A DNA stretch of 55,877 bases from a virus (Duplodnaviria; Caudoviricetes). The stretch spans positions 1-55,877 of the IMG/VR virus record IMGVR_UViG_3300037510_000220; one strand, written 5' to 3'. Shown piece by piece: positions 25,343-35,776 of the stretch. The notes below the pieces were generated by a model. That model saw only the letters and a list, made by a program, of their open reading frames with translations, had not been told where the DNA came from and searched no databases. The position numbers were made by a program, and so were the translations under genes. Position 1 is the first letter of the stretch, and each line of letters starts with the position of its first letter.

Positions 25343-27523
25343 CTACTGCGCCGCGTTTCCAGCCGCGATGCCTGCCCCAATGAGCAGCGGCCGGCTGGTG
25401 CCCTGCAAAAGCTTTCGTATGCGCTCGGCCGACTCCTGGGACGCCTGTACCGCAGGCTTAGCGTTTAGGGCGTCGTAGACAGCACTTCGCTGCGCCGCCT
25501 CTTCAATCGGATTGACCGCGTACTTCTGCACGTGCGGTCCAATGACCGGCAGCTTCCCGGCCATCGACAAGAGGTTCATGCCGGCGCTTGCGGTGTTCGA
25601 GTTGTTCACTGCGGCCGCTGCTGGTTGGGCCTGGATATAGGACGCCACGCGCCCCACCCTTCCAAGTTCAGCGATCTCCTGCTTAGAGAAGAACGCGGGC
25701 AGCTTGTCGGCAATCGAATCCAGGGCCTTGTTGTAGGCGGACTGGGAGAAGACGCCGACTTCATCAGTCGCCCCGTTCAAAGCCTTGGCTTTCAGGTGAT
25801 CGAGGATTTGCGACTTGATCTGCTCCACCGTTTCCGGGGATTCTTTTTTCAGGGTGTTCGTCAGCGACATCAGGTCGCGGCGGTCGCCCTTGAGCACGTA
25901 CTTTTGAAAGAACTGATCGGGGGCGACATCGGCAACCGCAGCTTTGAGAGCCGGGATTTTGTCCTGCAGATCCATGCGGGCGGCGTGGGCCGTACGCGCG
26001 GCACGGAAGGCGTTGAGCGCGTCTTGACCGAGCCCATGGTCTTCCGCCAATGGAGCGTCATCCAGGACCTTGCGGACGATCCCGATGGCGTAGCCGGCGT
26101 CGTCTTCCTTTCCCCGCCCCATGCGATACAGGGCCTTGACGACAGCCTCCTTGGTATCGACGTTGAACGGGATTTTCCCGGTCGCGATGTCGTTCAGGAT
26201 TTCGCGCGCGGCCGGGGGGAGAGAACCAGTCGCATGCTCTTCCGCCAGCTTCAGGCCAGCGGCCTCAGTCGCCGCCCTCGCATCCAGCGGAGCGGCGCGG
26301 CCGAGGTTGTCCTTTGCCTTGGCATACAGCGCATCGACGCCAGCCTTTCGAGCGGCATCTACAGCCTGTAGGGCGTCCAAAGCCTGTTCGCCAGTCGTGT
26401 AGGCGCCCTTTGCACCAGCAGCCCCGCGAGTGTTCAGGGAGGTGATCAACTGTTCGTTCTGCTTGTTGAAGCGCTTGGTCAACTCCTCGCCAACCCCCTC
26501 AATGCCGCGCAGGTTCTTTTCCTTGGCGAACTGCATGGGATCGCGGCCGACCTGGCCGAGCGTGCCTTCCATGCCCAAAGCCTCGAATTCGGCCTTGCGG
26601 ACAAGCTGCGCGGGGTCGGCGATCTTCCCTCCAGTCTTGAGAGCCGCTTCGACCTCGCCCAAGGCCTTCTTGCGGATAGCCTCGGGAACAGAGGCGGCCT
26701 CCACTCCTTGAGCCTTGAACGCTTCATCCAGGACGCGCTTGGCCTCAGCCTGCATGCTCGGGTCAGACGGCGAAACCTTGAGGCGGTCGATAAGCGGACC
26801 GAGCTTCGCGGCAGTTGCGTCGATTGCCTTGGTGATCAGCGGGCCTAGAACGGCCCCGGCCACGCCACCGACACCGACCTGGAGTAGCTTGGAGGCGCCG
26901 TAGTTGTCGCCCTCCACCACAGGTTGTAGGGCGGCAGCGCTGGCCCCCTGCATGGCCCCGGAACCGACACGGCCGGCCAGGGTCGTGGCCTTTGCCGCGG
27001 GCGGAATCAGCGCATTGCCCGGGCCGACGACATTGCCGACCAGGCGCGCGACATCCATACCTGGTTCACGCTTCCCGGTTACCAGGGTCTCCATGGTGGC
27101 CGGTGCAGTTGCCTGTCGAGCCTGCTCATACTCGGCATTGGACTGCTTGATGTCCTTGTCGATCTGGCTCGGCATCGCCAGGAGGTTGCTGGCGCGAATG
27201 GCCTCGCCTACTACCGGAATGTCGTGGACTGCCTGGGTGAACTTGTCCAGCCCCTTGTTCGCCCAGTCCGGGCCGAGGATGCGTTCCGTGATGCCGCCAG
27301 TCACGTTGTTGACGAACGCCGGCACGGCATGCGCCGCGAGCTGCGCGGGACCGTCGATCGTGTCCTTCAAGCCCTTGGCGACGCGCATGGGAACGCTCGA
27401 CAGGAGTTTGGCGCGATCGCTGCCTTGCTCCGGGTCGGGGGCAACCGGCTTTCCCTGCATCCAAGCGGGTTGAGCCGCTTGCGGGGGGGCCTGATTGATA
27501 GGGATTCCGTCTTGCCAGCCCAT
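25343..27523 (-). CDS. DNA ejection protein (P22 gp16-like position)
   Basis: Ala-rich helical; AAVNNSNTA; synteny. Confidence 0.7.
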   Translation of the reverse strand: MGWQDGIPINQAPPQAAQPAWMQGKPVAPDPEQGSDRAKLLSSVPMRVAKGLKDTIDGPAQLAAHAVPAFVNNVTGGITERILGPDWANKGLDKFTQAVHDIPVVGEAIRASNLLAMPSQIDKDIKQSNAEYEQARQATAPATMETLVTGKREPGMDVARLVGNVVGPGNALIPPAAKATTLAGRVGSGAMQGASAAALQPVVEGDNYGASKLLQVGVGGVAGAVLGPLITKAIDATAAKLGPLIDRLKVSPSDPSMQAEAKRVLDEAFKAQGVEAASVPEAIRKKALGEVEAALKTGGKIADPAQLVRKAEFEALGMEGTLGQVGRDPMQFAKEKNLRGIEGVGEELTKRFNKQNEQLITSLNTRGAAGAKGAYTTGEQALDALQAVDAARKAGVDALYAKAKDNLGRAAPLDARAATEAAGLKLAEEHATGSLPPAAREILNDIATGKIPFNVDTKEAVVKALYRMGRGKEDDAGYAIGIVRKVLDDAPLAEDHGLGQDALNAFRAARTAHAARMDLQDKIPALKAAVADVAPDQFFQKYVLKGDRRDLMSLTNTLKKESPETVEQIKSQILDHLKAKALNGATDEVGVFSQSAYNKALDSIADKLPAFFSKQEIAELGRVGRVASYIQAQPAAAAVNNSNTASAGMNLLSMAGKLPVIGPHVQKYAVNPIEEAAQRSAVYDALNAKPAVQASQESAERIRKLLQGTSRPLLIGAGIAAGNAAQ

Positions 27524-28908
27524 TACGGTTTGATCCTTTCCACGCCATCCGGCCCTACGTAACGCGCGCCAGACGGAAGCGCGTTGTATCCGTCATCGCC
27601 TTTAATCTTCACTGCGGCGGGTGCCTGGCGCGCGGCGGGGGTCGTCGATGCCCCGGTAGCCGGAAGATCAACAAAAACATCGCCGGGCTGATAACCGCGC
27701 TTCGAGGTAATTCCCTCATAGGTCGAACGGGCAGACTTGTAAGAGTTCTCAAGTTCCCCAACCCGATTGTTAAGAACGTTCATCATGTTTTGGCGCGCTG
27801 CTGGCGATAGACGACCACCGCCCCTCAGGTAGTTGATATATCCGGCGACCCGCTCCTCCGGTGAGCCGGATTTAACGACCATGTTCATCTCACCCTCGCG
27901 CACGACGCTGTTCGGGTCCATGACCTTGCCCATTGCATAAATGAGGTCAATGTCACCCTGCGAGGTGTTGGGGGCCTTAGTGGCGCTGCGGATGATTGGA
28001 ACCACCTCTTTGTAGCTCTTCACCTCCGGGAGCGCGGCGAACTCTTTCCGCAAGTTGTCCGCGTCTTCTTGGTTCTTCCGATTCGGGATGGGCTTGCCGG
28101 ATGCATCAACTGGCGCAATAACTCTGGCGTTTCCTTGCGCGTCTGGGCGCGTGACAAATGCGCTCATACCCTCCGAGAAGACAGGACGATTTGCGGTTTC
28201 TCTTTCGAGAGCCAAGCGACCAGCGGCGGTGCTTGCCTGCGAGGCAGACGCACCGGCGCTGATCATCGATGCCCGGTTCTGCTCCTTGTTGTTGCGCTCG
28301 TTCTCGATCTGCTTGCGCTGCTCATCGAGATGAGCAACCAGCTTCTCAGCGTTCAAGATGTGCGTGGTCTTCCACTCCTGGAACTTGACGGGATCGGTGG
28401 GGATTTCGGCGATCTTCTGTTCCGGCGTGGCGCCTTGGGACTTGAGGATCGGCCCCATGATGGGATCGTTGAACTGCGCTGCGGTCCATGCGGCAGCCGT
28501 GCGGGGGTCATTGATCGTGGCAAGCTGATCGCGGCCGCGCGTGACGACTTCACCGATCACCTTTTGCTGAGTGAGGGATGCGTCGGCGGTGTTCTTGCCG
28601 ATTACCGATTCTTTTTCTTTGTTGCCGAGAATCTTTTGCTGCACATCGAGATACTGTTTTGGCAGCCCGCGATTGGCGAGTTCTGGCAGCAACTTGTCGA
28701 AGTTGCCGCCAGTAGCCTTGAAAGCTTCGCCGTATGCCTCTTCATCACGCGCAGCTTTCTCAGCCTGGCTGAGTTGGAGTTGCCCAAGTTGCCCCTGCTG
28801 CATGGCGTTCTTGACGCCCATGATCTTGGCGTAGTTCTCCAGCGGGTCCGGGGTTTGAACCGGGACCGGGGGACGGCCGGAAAGGATAATAGATGGGTCG
28901 ATGGCCAT
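27523..28908 (-). CDS. DNA ejection protein (gp20-like position)
   Basis: KVMDPNSVVREGE motif; synteny. Confidence 0.7.
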   Translation of the reverse strand: MAIDPSIILSGRPPVPVQTPDPLENYAKIMGVKNAMQQGQLGQLQLSQAEKAARDEEAYGEAFKATGGNFDKLLPELANRGLPKQYLDVQQKILGNKEKESVIGKNTADASLTQQKVIGEVVTRGRDQLATINDPRTAAAWTAAQFNDPIMGPILKSQGATPEQKIAEIPTDPVKFQEWKTTHILNAEKLVAHLDEQRKQIENERNNKEQNRASMISAGASASQASTAAGRLALERETANRPVFSEGMSAFVTRPDAQGNARVIAPVDASGKPIPNRKNQEDADNLRKEFAALPEVKSYKEVVPIIRSATKAPNTSQGDIDLIYAMGKVMDPNSVVREGEMNMVVKSGSPEERVAGYINYLRGGGRLSPAARQNMMNVLNNRVGELENSYKSARSTYEGITSKRGYQPGDVFVDLPATGASTTPAARQAPAAVKIKGDDGYNALPSGARYVGPDGVERIKP

Positions 28909-28911
28909 GAT

Positions 28912-29805
28912 TTATCCCGCGTAGTAATCAGTGCTGAAAGAACTGGCCGGCGCCGACGTGCCCACCGAAGCCGGCTTCAGAAGTTTCTGCAAGATCGAGT
29001 TGTTGTTGTAGTTGTTGTATGCGCTTGAAAGGCTGTTGCCGACGCCACCCCATGCGTTTGCACCACCCACAACCCCGGCTGCGCGCGCGTTGGCTGCCTG
29101 GGTGGAGTAGTCGTTTGCGGCAGCCGTTCCCCCGGTCGCCGCACTGGTGGTCGAATTCGTCGCGCCGAGCCCGGTAGCCTGTTGACCGCTCAGCATCCCG
29201 TAGATGCTTTGCTTGGTCGCCATGTTGCGGTTGAAACTGTCGTTCGCCTTGGTGGACCCGTAGTCGTTGCCGAACTGGGTCAGCGCCTTCAGGGTGGCCC
29301 CGGAGTCGTAATTCCCCGTCGCCGTGGCGCGCGCATTGATCGCGGCCGTCCCCTGGTCCAGGCCAAATTTCAGGCCAGACTGATAGACCGGGTCCGCGTT
29401 TAGGTCGTCGGCAGAGAACGCTTTCGTCAGCGAACCCGATTGGCTTGTATCGAGACCGTGATCCTTGACGTAGGCATTGAGATCGCCCTGATTCGGCGTC
29501 CAGTTTTCGCTGACCTGATCCCCATTGGCCATGATCTGATCGCGCCATGCCTGGGCGGCGGCGTTGGCGTCGTATGGGGTCAGGCCCAGCAGATAGTCGA
29601 GGCGGCTATTGGCATTGGCACCAGAGCGCATGTACGGCGCGTAGTCGCTGCGCGCCTGCTGCGTGATCTGGTTGGCGCGAGTGGCCGCAGCGCCTGCGGC
29701 TTCAGCCTGGAGCTTGCCGGCGTCACCGGCAGCACTGGCGGACTGGCTGGCGCCGTAGATATTTGCTGCCGCGCCGATACCGGCTGCGACTAGGCCGTAA
29801 GACAT
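28912..29805 (-). CDS. DNA transfer/ejection protein (gp7-like)
   Basis: Ala/Gly/Ser-rich; DPVYQ..SGATLKAL. Confidence 0.75.
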   Translation of the reverse strand: MSYGLVAAGIGAAANIYGASQSASAAGDAGKLQAEAAGAAATRANQITQQARSDYAPYMRSGANANSRLDYLLGLTPYDANAAAQAWRDQIMANGDQVSENWTPNQGDLNAYVKDHGLDTSQSGSLTKAFSADDLNADPVYQSGLKFGLDQGTAAINARATATGNYDSGATLKALTQFGNDYGSTKANDSFNRNMATKQSIYGMLSGQQATGLGATNSTTSAATGGTAAANDYSTQAANARAAGVVGGANAWGGVGNSLSSAYNNYNNNSILQKLLKPASVGTSAPASSFSTDYYAG

Positions 29806-30230
29806 AGCGCCTCCCATTGCTCGATGCTGTCAACCACGAATCTCTGTTCCAAAACTTTCACGTCCTTTTCGTTGTCGGGATTCGGGTGGAAGACGACAAA
29901 GCGGCTGTCCTCGAAGGCGTAAACCGCCCTCTGGACTCCAGGCTTTGCCTTGATCACTTCTCCGGCGTAGATGTCCTTTGCTCCTTCTTCCGCAGTAAAA
30001 ATCCGCAGATGCCCCAAGGAGAGGACGGCCATCGTCTCGGTCTTGTGTACCTTCCCGATCACGCACCAGCCGGCGGGGATGAACATTTCCCGCGCATAGA
30101 CGCCTGGCGTCCAGTGGTGTTCGACCGGGCACATCTGATTGCCTTGCGTCTCTGCGACTTCGCGCAGCAATCCTTCAAAGGCGCGCAGGCGGTCACGGAG
30201 GGCTTGGGGCTTTTCGATGACTTCGTTCAT
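29790..30230 (-). CDS. Cupin-like phage protein
   Basis: HHWTPGVYAREMFIPAG..GKVHK. Confidence 0.7.
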   Translation of the reverse strand: MNEVIEKPQALRDRLRAFEGLLREVAETQGNQMCPVEHHWTPGVYAREMFIPAGWCVIGKVHKTETMAVLSLGHLRIFTAEEGAKDIYAGEVIKAKPGVQRAVYAFEDSRFVVFHPNPDNEKDVKVLEQRFVVDSIEQWEALCLTA

Positions 30231-30472
30231 GCCGGCGCCCCCGTTGCATCTACCCAACCCGGGTTCTTGAACCACACCGGCTTTCCAAGCGTGGTGTCAA
30301 AGTAAATCCGGCCGACAAAAAGGAAGGTCGTTGGGCGATTCAACGTAGTCCCGCTGAGGGTGAGAGCCACCAGCAGCCGGAAGACTTGGCTGAAAAAGTC
30401 CTTGTAGCCGGGCTTGGCATTGCCATCCGCGTCTACGACTGGACCTTCTGTGGGTTGTCCGATGAGAGCCAT
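30227..30472 (-). CDS. Small virion-associated protein
   Basis: GTTLNRPT..YFDTTLGKPVW..WVDATG. Confidence 0.7.
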   Translation of the reverse strand: MALIGQPTEGPVVDADGNAKPGYKDFFSQVFRLLVALTLSGTTLNRPTTFLFVGRIYFDTTLGKPVWFKNPGWVDATGAPA

Positions 30473-30474
30473 GG

Positions 30475-31902
30475 TTACGTGTCCGGGTTGATGCAGGCGC
30501 TGACGATGCAGACGGGAACGGGGTCGGTGATCCTTAGTCGTGGGGTCAGGTAACGACACGTCCCAAGCTGCCGCCACTCGACGCGCTTGTTGTATTCGCC
30601 GATCTTCCCCATGCTCTTCCACATCTCCGAGCCCCAGGTCTTGCCGTTGTCGCGGGAGAGGGTCAACGAGATTTGCGGGTTCACACCCTGGCCCGAGGTC
30701 AGACCATCACCAACCTCCATGTCCACGCGTAGACAGTCGATCTGGATAAACTCCTCGCCCTGAGAGGCGATCGTTTCCCCGGTGATCTGCTTCTCGATCG
30801 AGACGCCGTTGTCATCCAAAGCAGAGGCCATGAGCTTGTAGGCCCGGCCAACGAGGTTGTCGAATACCAGCGTGTTGTTGAGGTAGTTGATCGAGAACTC
30901 GGCGTTGTGCCTGGATTGGCCGTAGCTCTTGAGCTTGGTGAAGATCCCGGTCGAGCCGTCATACAGCCACGAAGCCCCGGCCGAAGGAAACGAGATCACG
31001 AACATGGGATGGCCACCGAGCATGTAGCTGTAGGAGGTCGCATCGGCAGTGTTCGTGTAGCCGTTGACGATGCCATCCCAGTCGATGGTCGAAAGCTTCT
31101 GCGGCAGATAGCCGTTCATCTTGGCGAGCATGACCTGCCCCGACTGCTTGCCCTTCATCAGACACATGAAGGAGTTGTCGTAGGCGGCGATGCTCCAGCG
31201 CGCGGCAAGGCCCCACTTCGTCGCTGTTCCCAGGATCAGCGAGAACGGGAAGTTGAGGTCGCCGGACGCGCCCCAGAATTCAGTCGTCTTCGTGCCGAGC
31301 AAGATCAACTGGCCATTGCTTTCATACACCGAGACAATCGGGTCAGGCGATGTCTCGGCGTTGGCGAACATCAGCGCGTTCCAGCTCAAGCCGTTGTATT
31401 GGTCGGAGACGTAGAAGCGGCTGGTGTTGAGAAAACTGACGATGAAGTAGCCAAGCAGGAACGTGACGGTCTGCGGGTTTGCGGGAAAGTCGGCGTCGGT
31501 GATCTGGGCGAAAGCGTTTGTTGAGGTGTTGTAGATATAGCCAAAAGCCCCGTCCACGATCATGATCTGGACGCCGTTGTCGGACATGGAAACCCGGCCC
31601 GAGGTCGTCAGCAGGGTGCCGCGATTGGTGGCGACGCCGGCATTGTTTACCTCCCAAAGCACGCCGCGGTGCACCTCGAAGAAGGTATTCAGCGACTCGA
31701 ACTCAAGGGCGCCACGCGGAGGAGTAGCCCCGAAGTCGTTGAACAACACCTGACCAGGCGTCTGGTACGCCACCATTGACGACTTCTCGCCTTGCGGGCG
31801 AGCTTCGACGTAGATGTTCTGCAGTTCCTTGGCAGTGACAAACGGACTCTTGGACGCCTCGCCGATGCCGAAAAGGGGGATGCGAGAGACGGTCATCACC
31901 AT
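30475..31902 (-). CDS. Packaged DNA stabilization/tail hub protein (P22 gp10-like)
   Basis: AETSPDPIV, TTEFW, SRDNGKTW..GKIGEY..WRQLG. Confidence 0.85.
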   Translation of the reverse strand: MVMTVSRIPLFGIGEASKSPFVTAKELQNIYVEARPQGEKSSMVAYQTPGQVLFNDFGATPPRGALEFESLNTFFEVHRGVLWEVNNAGVATNRGTLLTTSGRVSMSDNGVQIMIVDGAFGYIYNTSTNAFAQITDADFPANPQTVTFLLGYFIVSFLNTSRFYVSDQYNGLSWNALMFANAETSPDPIVSVYESNGQLILLGTKTTEFWGASGDLNFPFSLILGTATKWGLAARWSIAAYDNSFMCLMKGKQSGQVMLAKMNGYLPQKLSTIDWDGIVNGYTNTADATSYSYMLGGHPMFVISFPSAGASWLYDGSTGIFTKLKSYGQSRHNAEFSINYLNNTLVFDNLVGRAYKLMASALDDNGVSIEKQITGETIASQGEEFIQIDCLRVDMEVGDGLTSGQGVNPQISLTLSRDNGKTWGSEMWKSMGKIGEYNKRVEWRQLGTCRYLTPRLRITDPVPVCIVSACINPDT

Positions 31903-32627
31903 CCCCCAATGTATCCGCCTCGCGGCCAGCCGCGACGGTTCTGCGTGGCGCGATCGAACTGCAGCACCTTCTGCGTCTTGTTCGCGCGCTTGATGTCCGC
32001 ATAGGCTTGCTGGGCGATCTGCTTCACGTCCGGACTCGCTTGCTTGCCGAAATACGGCGCGAGTTCGACGGCCAAAGTCATCTTCAAGGCTTTTGCATAG
32101 CCCTGCGGGTAGCTGATCGAGGCTCCCGCATTGGTGATCTGGGTGAGAATGCGGTCAAACGAAAGAGTGAAGGGGGCCGCGACATTTGGCACAGGCCAGA
32201 GCGTCAGCAGCCCATTCGGGAACTCGTTGACGTACAGGTACCGCAGGGCAAATTGGTTCTGCTGATCCTTCACCGCGATGTCGTTGTATTCCTGCTGGCT
32301 GATCATCGTGCAGGGGAAGCTTTGCGGCGTCGCGCTTCCGATTGGGAGCGACGTGTAAGCATCAAGGACGATACGTTCAGGACGGGACGCCACCCAATCC
32401 CCTGTCGGGCCGATGCCGTAGACCTTTTGCCCGGCTACCGTCATGAAGGTGTTATTGGTCGTGCTCCAAAGCGTGAGCGAGTCCGTTGACCACTGCTCAA
32501 GGATGTCGTTGAGGACTTCCAGGGCGCCAGTAATCTCGTCGGCCGTCAACTCTTGATCGACGCCGACAGCATTCGTCACGCCGAGGGCGCTGCGAATGAG
32601 CTTGATGGCAGTGGTCGGGCTCGGCAT
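31896..32627 (-). CDS. Head-to-tail adaptor (P22 gp4-like)
   Basis: LEVLNDILEQW, PQGYAKAL..LAVELAPYFG. Confidence 0.8.
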   Translation of the reverse strand: MPSPTTAIKLIRSALGVTNAVGVDQELTADEITGALEVLNDILEQWSTDSLTLWSTTNNTFMTVAGQKVYGIGPTGDWVASRPERIVLDAYTSLPIGSATPQSFPCTMISQQEYNDIAVKDQQNQFALRYLYVNEFPNGLLTLWPVPNVAAPFTLSFDRILTQITNAGASISYPQGYAKALKMTLAVELAPYFGKQASPDVKQIAQQAYADIKRANKTQKVLQFDRATQNRRGWPRGGYIGGW

Positions 32628-32633
32628 GGCCTG

Positions 32634-32891
32634 TTATTCGGCCTCTTCGAGAAGCTCCGTCAGCCTCTTGACGCCGGCACGCGGGCTGTACTCGATGCCC
32701 TTGGCGTCGAGCTTGGCGCGCAGCGATTCGACGGTCTCACCGTCGTCCGATGGCTCGGTCTTTTCCAAATCCAGGCCGGGTTTTCCCCAGCCCTTGAGCT
32801 GGGCGTCGTGTTCGGTTTCGTTTTGCACAAACGCGGAGGGATGCTCGTCGCTCTCCTCGCGCTTGATGAAGATGGGATAACGCATGGGCAT
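32634..32891 (-). CDS. Small hypothetical protein
   Basis: GGAG RBS; LRAKLDAKGIEY. Confidence 0.65.
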   Translation of the reverse strand: MPMRYPIFIKREESDEHPSAFVQNETEHDAQLKGWGKPGLDLEKTEPSDDGETVESLRAKLDAKGIEYSPRAGVKRLTELLEEAE

Positions 32892-32896
32892 TCTCC

Positions 32897-32920
32897 AAAA
32901 ACCGGGGCGCTAGGCCCCGG
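32897..32920 (-). terminator. Intrinsic terminator after capsid genes
   Basis: CCGGGGC/GCCCCGG stem followed by T5 on - strand. Confidence 0.7.
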
Positions 32921-32924
32921 AGGT

Positions 32925-33635
32925 TTAGACGGTGTAGAGCTGGCAGACGCAGCCGACCGCGGTCGTGAAGGTCGTGGGCACGGTGATGGTGGCCGGCAGG
33001 GTGCCGAACACGCCCGCGATGGAGGTCGTCATCACGTTGACGCCGTTCGCGGCGACGAACTTGTTGGAGGTCGCCGTAGTGCCGTTGGACTGGACCACGC
33101 AGAAGTAGCGGCCCGGAACCAGTGTGACCGGTACCAGGAAGTCGCGGTTCTGGAACGAAGAGGCACCGGCAGACAGGGTGCCGGCAACCGCCGAGTTGGC
33201 CACCAGCGCGCCGCTGGAGTTGTAGAGGGCGACCAGCATGTTGTCGGTGCCGACCACGGTACCGTTCAGGACCGCCAGGCCCTTCCAGGTGTTCCAGTGC
33301 GGGACGTAGATTTCGCTGACGTTCAGCGTGCCGGCCACGTGGACCGAAGAGGCTCCAGCAGCGGTCAGGGCGGCAGTGCCCAGCGGCATGTTCGGCAGGA
33401 TCGTCGGACCCTGGGGAACGGAGGGAGTGCCCTGGCCCTGGGCGTTGGCCCAGGCGACGTTTCCGCCTTCAGTGACCAGTTGAAGGCCGGTCAGCGATTG
33501 CGGAACGATGGTATCGGAGGCGCCGATGGCGGTAGCAAGACCTTGAGCGATCAGGGCCTGCTCGGTGTCGTCGGTGAAGCGAACGACCGCGTTGGCGGCG
33601 AAGCCGCCATAGGGACGGAGAAGGGTAACGGACAT
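32925..33635 (-). CDS. Capsid-associated/decoration protein
   Basis: Follows coat; AAGGA RBS; beta-rich. Confidence 0.7.
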   Translation of the reverse strand: MSVTLLRPYGGFAANAVVRFTDDTEQALIAQGLATAIGASDTIVPQSLTGLQLVTEGGNVAWANAQGQGTPSVPQGPTILPNMPLGTAALTAAGASSVHVAGTLNVSEIYVPHWNTWKGLAVLNGTVVGTDNMLVALYNSSGALVANSAVAGTLSAGASSFQNRDFLVPVTLVPGRYFCVVQSNGTTATSNKFVAANGVNVMTTSIAGVFGTLPATITVPTTFTTAVGCVCQLYTV

Positions 33636-33673
33636 GGTTTCGGTTCCTTTGAAAGTTGCGCGGGCGCCAGGGC

Positions 33674-34891
33674 TTAGACGGTGTAGTAGCGGGCGGAAAG
33701 CTCGGGATAAGTCGCGGCCCACCCGAACAGCACGTCGATACGCGTGATGGCGTTGTCGTTGATGCCGTCGTAGAACCGAGTCACCTTCACGGTGAAGCCG
33801 TCCATGGTTTCCTGCGCCACGTCGATCACGCCCTTCCCGCCAGGCGGCGCCCACAGCGGAACCATCGCCAGGGTGAAGGCGTCCTTGTGGTAGCCGACGT
33901 TGCAGGAGTAGGCGGTGGAGGCAGCTCCCACGATCAGAAACGGCTGGCCGTTGGTCGGGGAGGCGGTCACGTTCTGGAACGCGCCCGAGGTCACCAGCGC
34001 CGGGGATACCGGGATGGTGGTCGCGCCAGCCGCGCAGTCGGCAGTCACCACGAACTGCGCGAGGGTGCCGGTGGTGTTGCGCGATTGCGGGTTGACCGCG
34101 AAGACGCCGGGCAGGGTGATGACGGTGCCGCGGGTGATGGTGCCGCCCAGGCCGACAACGACGATGTTGGAACCGGTCTGGTTCGCCGCGTTGATGTTGG
34201 TGCCGGCGACGTTTTGCGTGCCGTTGGTGTGCACGTCCACGTTCTGGTCCATGCCGGGGTGGATGCCGAAAGCATCCTGCATGTAGCCGGTCTTGTACTG
34301 GCCGTTCACGCTCACCGCCTGGTTGAACAGGCCGGCGAAACCGGGAATCATGGCGGCGTTGAGGGCCGGGTTCATGATCATGGAGCGGTTGCCGTCGCGG
34401 ACGGGGGCGGCCATTTCATCGAGGCGCTGGTTCACCGAGGTCAGCACCTGGATGGCGGTGAGCTGGGTGGTCGGCAGGGCACCGGTCGGGTTCAGGGCGT
34501 TGAACGTCGAGTAGTGCGCCAGCGTCAGACCCTGGCGGTCGATTTCGTTGGCCACCGGGGCGATGGCGGCAGCGATCTTGTCTTCCAGGCGGGTCAGCGA
34601 CAGCGTTTGTTCCGCGCTGGTGAACTGGAGGTCACAGCCACCCTGGTTCAGGGTCAGCGGGACGGTGTTTTCCACGGTCGATTGCGGAACCGCCACGCGG
34701 CCGGCGCGGTAGGTGTAGCGCGGCGGCTTCTTGATGCTGATGGTGGTGCCGGGCTCGTAGCCACGGCTCATGTTCTCGGTGAACTCGTTCTCCCAATCGC
34801 GGTTGACGTTCTTGGAGAACGTCAGCATGTTTTTCAGGATCGGGAGGGCGGTTTTGGCGACGATGCTACAGGTTGCGAGTACGTTGGACAC
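33674..34891 (-). CDS. Major capsid protein (P22 coat gp5 family)
   Basis: GTTISIKKPPRY, YHKDAFTLAMVPL, TRIDVLFGW. Confidence 0.92.
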   Translation of the reverse strand: MSNVLATCSIVAKTALPILKNMLTFSKNVNRDWENEFTENMSRGYEPGTTISIKKPPRYTYRAGRVAVPQSTVENTVPLTLNQGGCDLQFTSAEQTLSLTRLEDKIAAAIAPVANEIDRQGLTLAHYSTFNALNPTGALPTTQLTAIQVLTSVNQRLDEMAAPVRDGNRSMIMNPALNAAMIPGFAGLFNQAVSVNGQYKTGYMQDAFGIHPGMDQNVDVHTNGTQNVAGTNINAANQTGSNIVVVGLGGTITRGTVITLPGVFAVNPQSRNTTGTLAQFVVTADCAAGATTIPVSPALVTSGAFQNVTASPTNGQPFLIVGAASTAYSCNVGYHKDAFTLAMVPLWAPPGGKGVIDVAQETMDGFTVKVTRFYDGINDNAITRIDVLFGWAATYPELSARYYTV

Positions 34892-34903
34892 GACAGGGTT
34901 CCT

Positions 34904-35734
34904 TTATCGGACCCACTTGCTCCCTCGTGCCTTCATGTCGGCTTCGATCTCCTTGGCGGTCATCTTGGTGATGTCCTTCCCGGAAGATCTGGCGCTCGCA
35001 ATCGGCTTCGCTGGAGGTGGGGCGTCAGACGGCTTGGGAGGAGCCTTTTCCAGCTTGATTTCAAGCTTTCCGAGCTCCGCGATTTGCCGCAAAGGACTGA
35101 GCTGCGCAATGCGCTCCGCGTCTTCGGTGTGGGTGGCGAGGTAGTCCACCAGGGCGGGGCCTGACTCGACGAGGTATTCGCGTGAACCCTTGGTGAAGGA
35201 TTCGATCGCGCCGCTCTCGAGGAAGTCGGTGACTCGCTCGGTGTAGTCGGGGTTGGCCTTGATGTAGTCGGCTTCGCGCTTCGCCCATTCCTGAGCACGC
35301 TTGGCCGCTGCCTGGCTGTCCGCCGATTCACGTTCCTTGCCCTGCCGCGTTGTGTCGTGTTCCTTCAACTTGGCTTCGACTATCTGCTCGGCTTTGTAGG
35401 CGGCCTTCGCTTCAAGGAATGCTTCAAAATCGTCGAAATCTTCACGCTTTGGTGCGGCGTCCACCGGTTGCGTAGCCTTGCCCTGCTGCTCTCTGAGCAT
35501 GCGGATTTCGGCCTGGTATTCGCCTTCCTTGCGCGCGAATTCTTCGCGGTCGCGTTGACGTTGGCGTTCCCGGCGCGAAAGCTTCTGCTGTTCAAGCTTC
35601 GCCTTGGCGGCTTCATCCGGGGTGTTCTCCGGTGCCTCGTTCTGTGCCTCCGCAGCGGGCGCGGGCGTTTCGGTGGTCTGTTCGACCGGGGGCGCTTCCT
35701 GAACTTCCAGCGCCGGAACTTCTTGCTCAGACAT
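34904..35734 (-). CDS. Scaffolding protein
   Basis: Acidic/coiled; between portal and coat; PKREDFDDFE. Confidence 0.85.
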   Translation of the reverse strand: MSEQEVPALEVQEAPPVEQTTETPAPAAEAQNEAPENTPDEAAKAKLEQQKLSRRERQRQRDREEFARKEGEYQAEIRMLREQQGKATQPVDAAPKREDFDDFEAFLEAKAAYKAEQIVEAKLKEHDTTRQGKERESADSQAAAKRAQEWAKREADYIKANPDYTERVTDFLESGAIESFTKGSREYLVESGPALVDYLATHTEDAERIAQLSPLRQIAELGKLEIKLEKAPPKPSDAPPPAKPIASARSSGKDITKMTAKEIEADMKARGSKWVR

Positions 35735-35756
35735 GGTAGGTGATCCTTCTGTGGTT

Positions 35757-35776
35757 GTGTGCCGAAACTTCGTCGT
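35757..35776 (-). promoter_or_regulatory. 20-bp late-region motif, copy 1
   Basis: GTGTGCCGAAACTTCGTCGT on + strand; also at 41918 and 42572. Confidence 0.6.

Noticed and set aside
25262-25468. Small + strand ORF overlapping the ejection gene end
   Set aside because: Mostly antisense overlap and no clear RBS; cannot be supported
33635-33854. Programmed -1 frameshift fusing coat to the next protein (both end in YTV)
   Set aside because: The -1 frame is open, but I found no canonical slippery heptamer and the downstream gene has its own RBS
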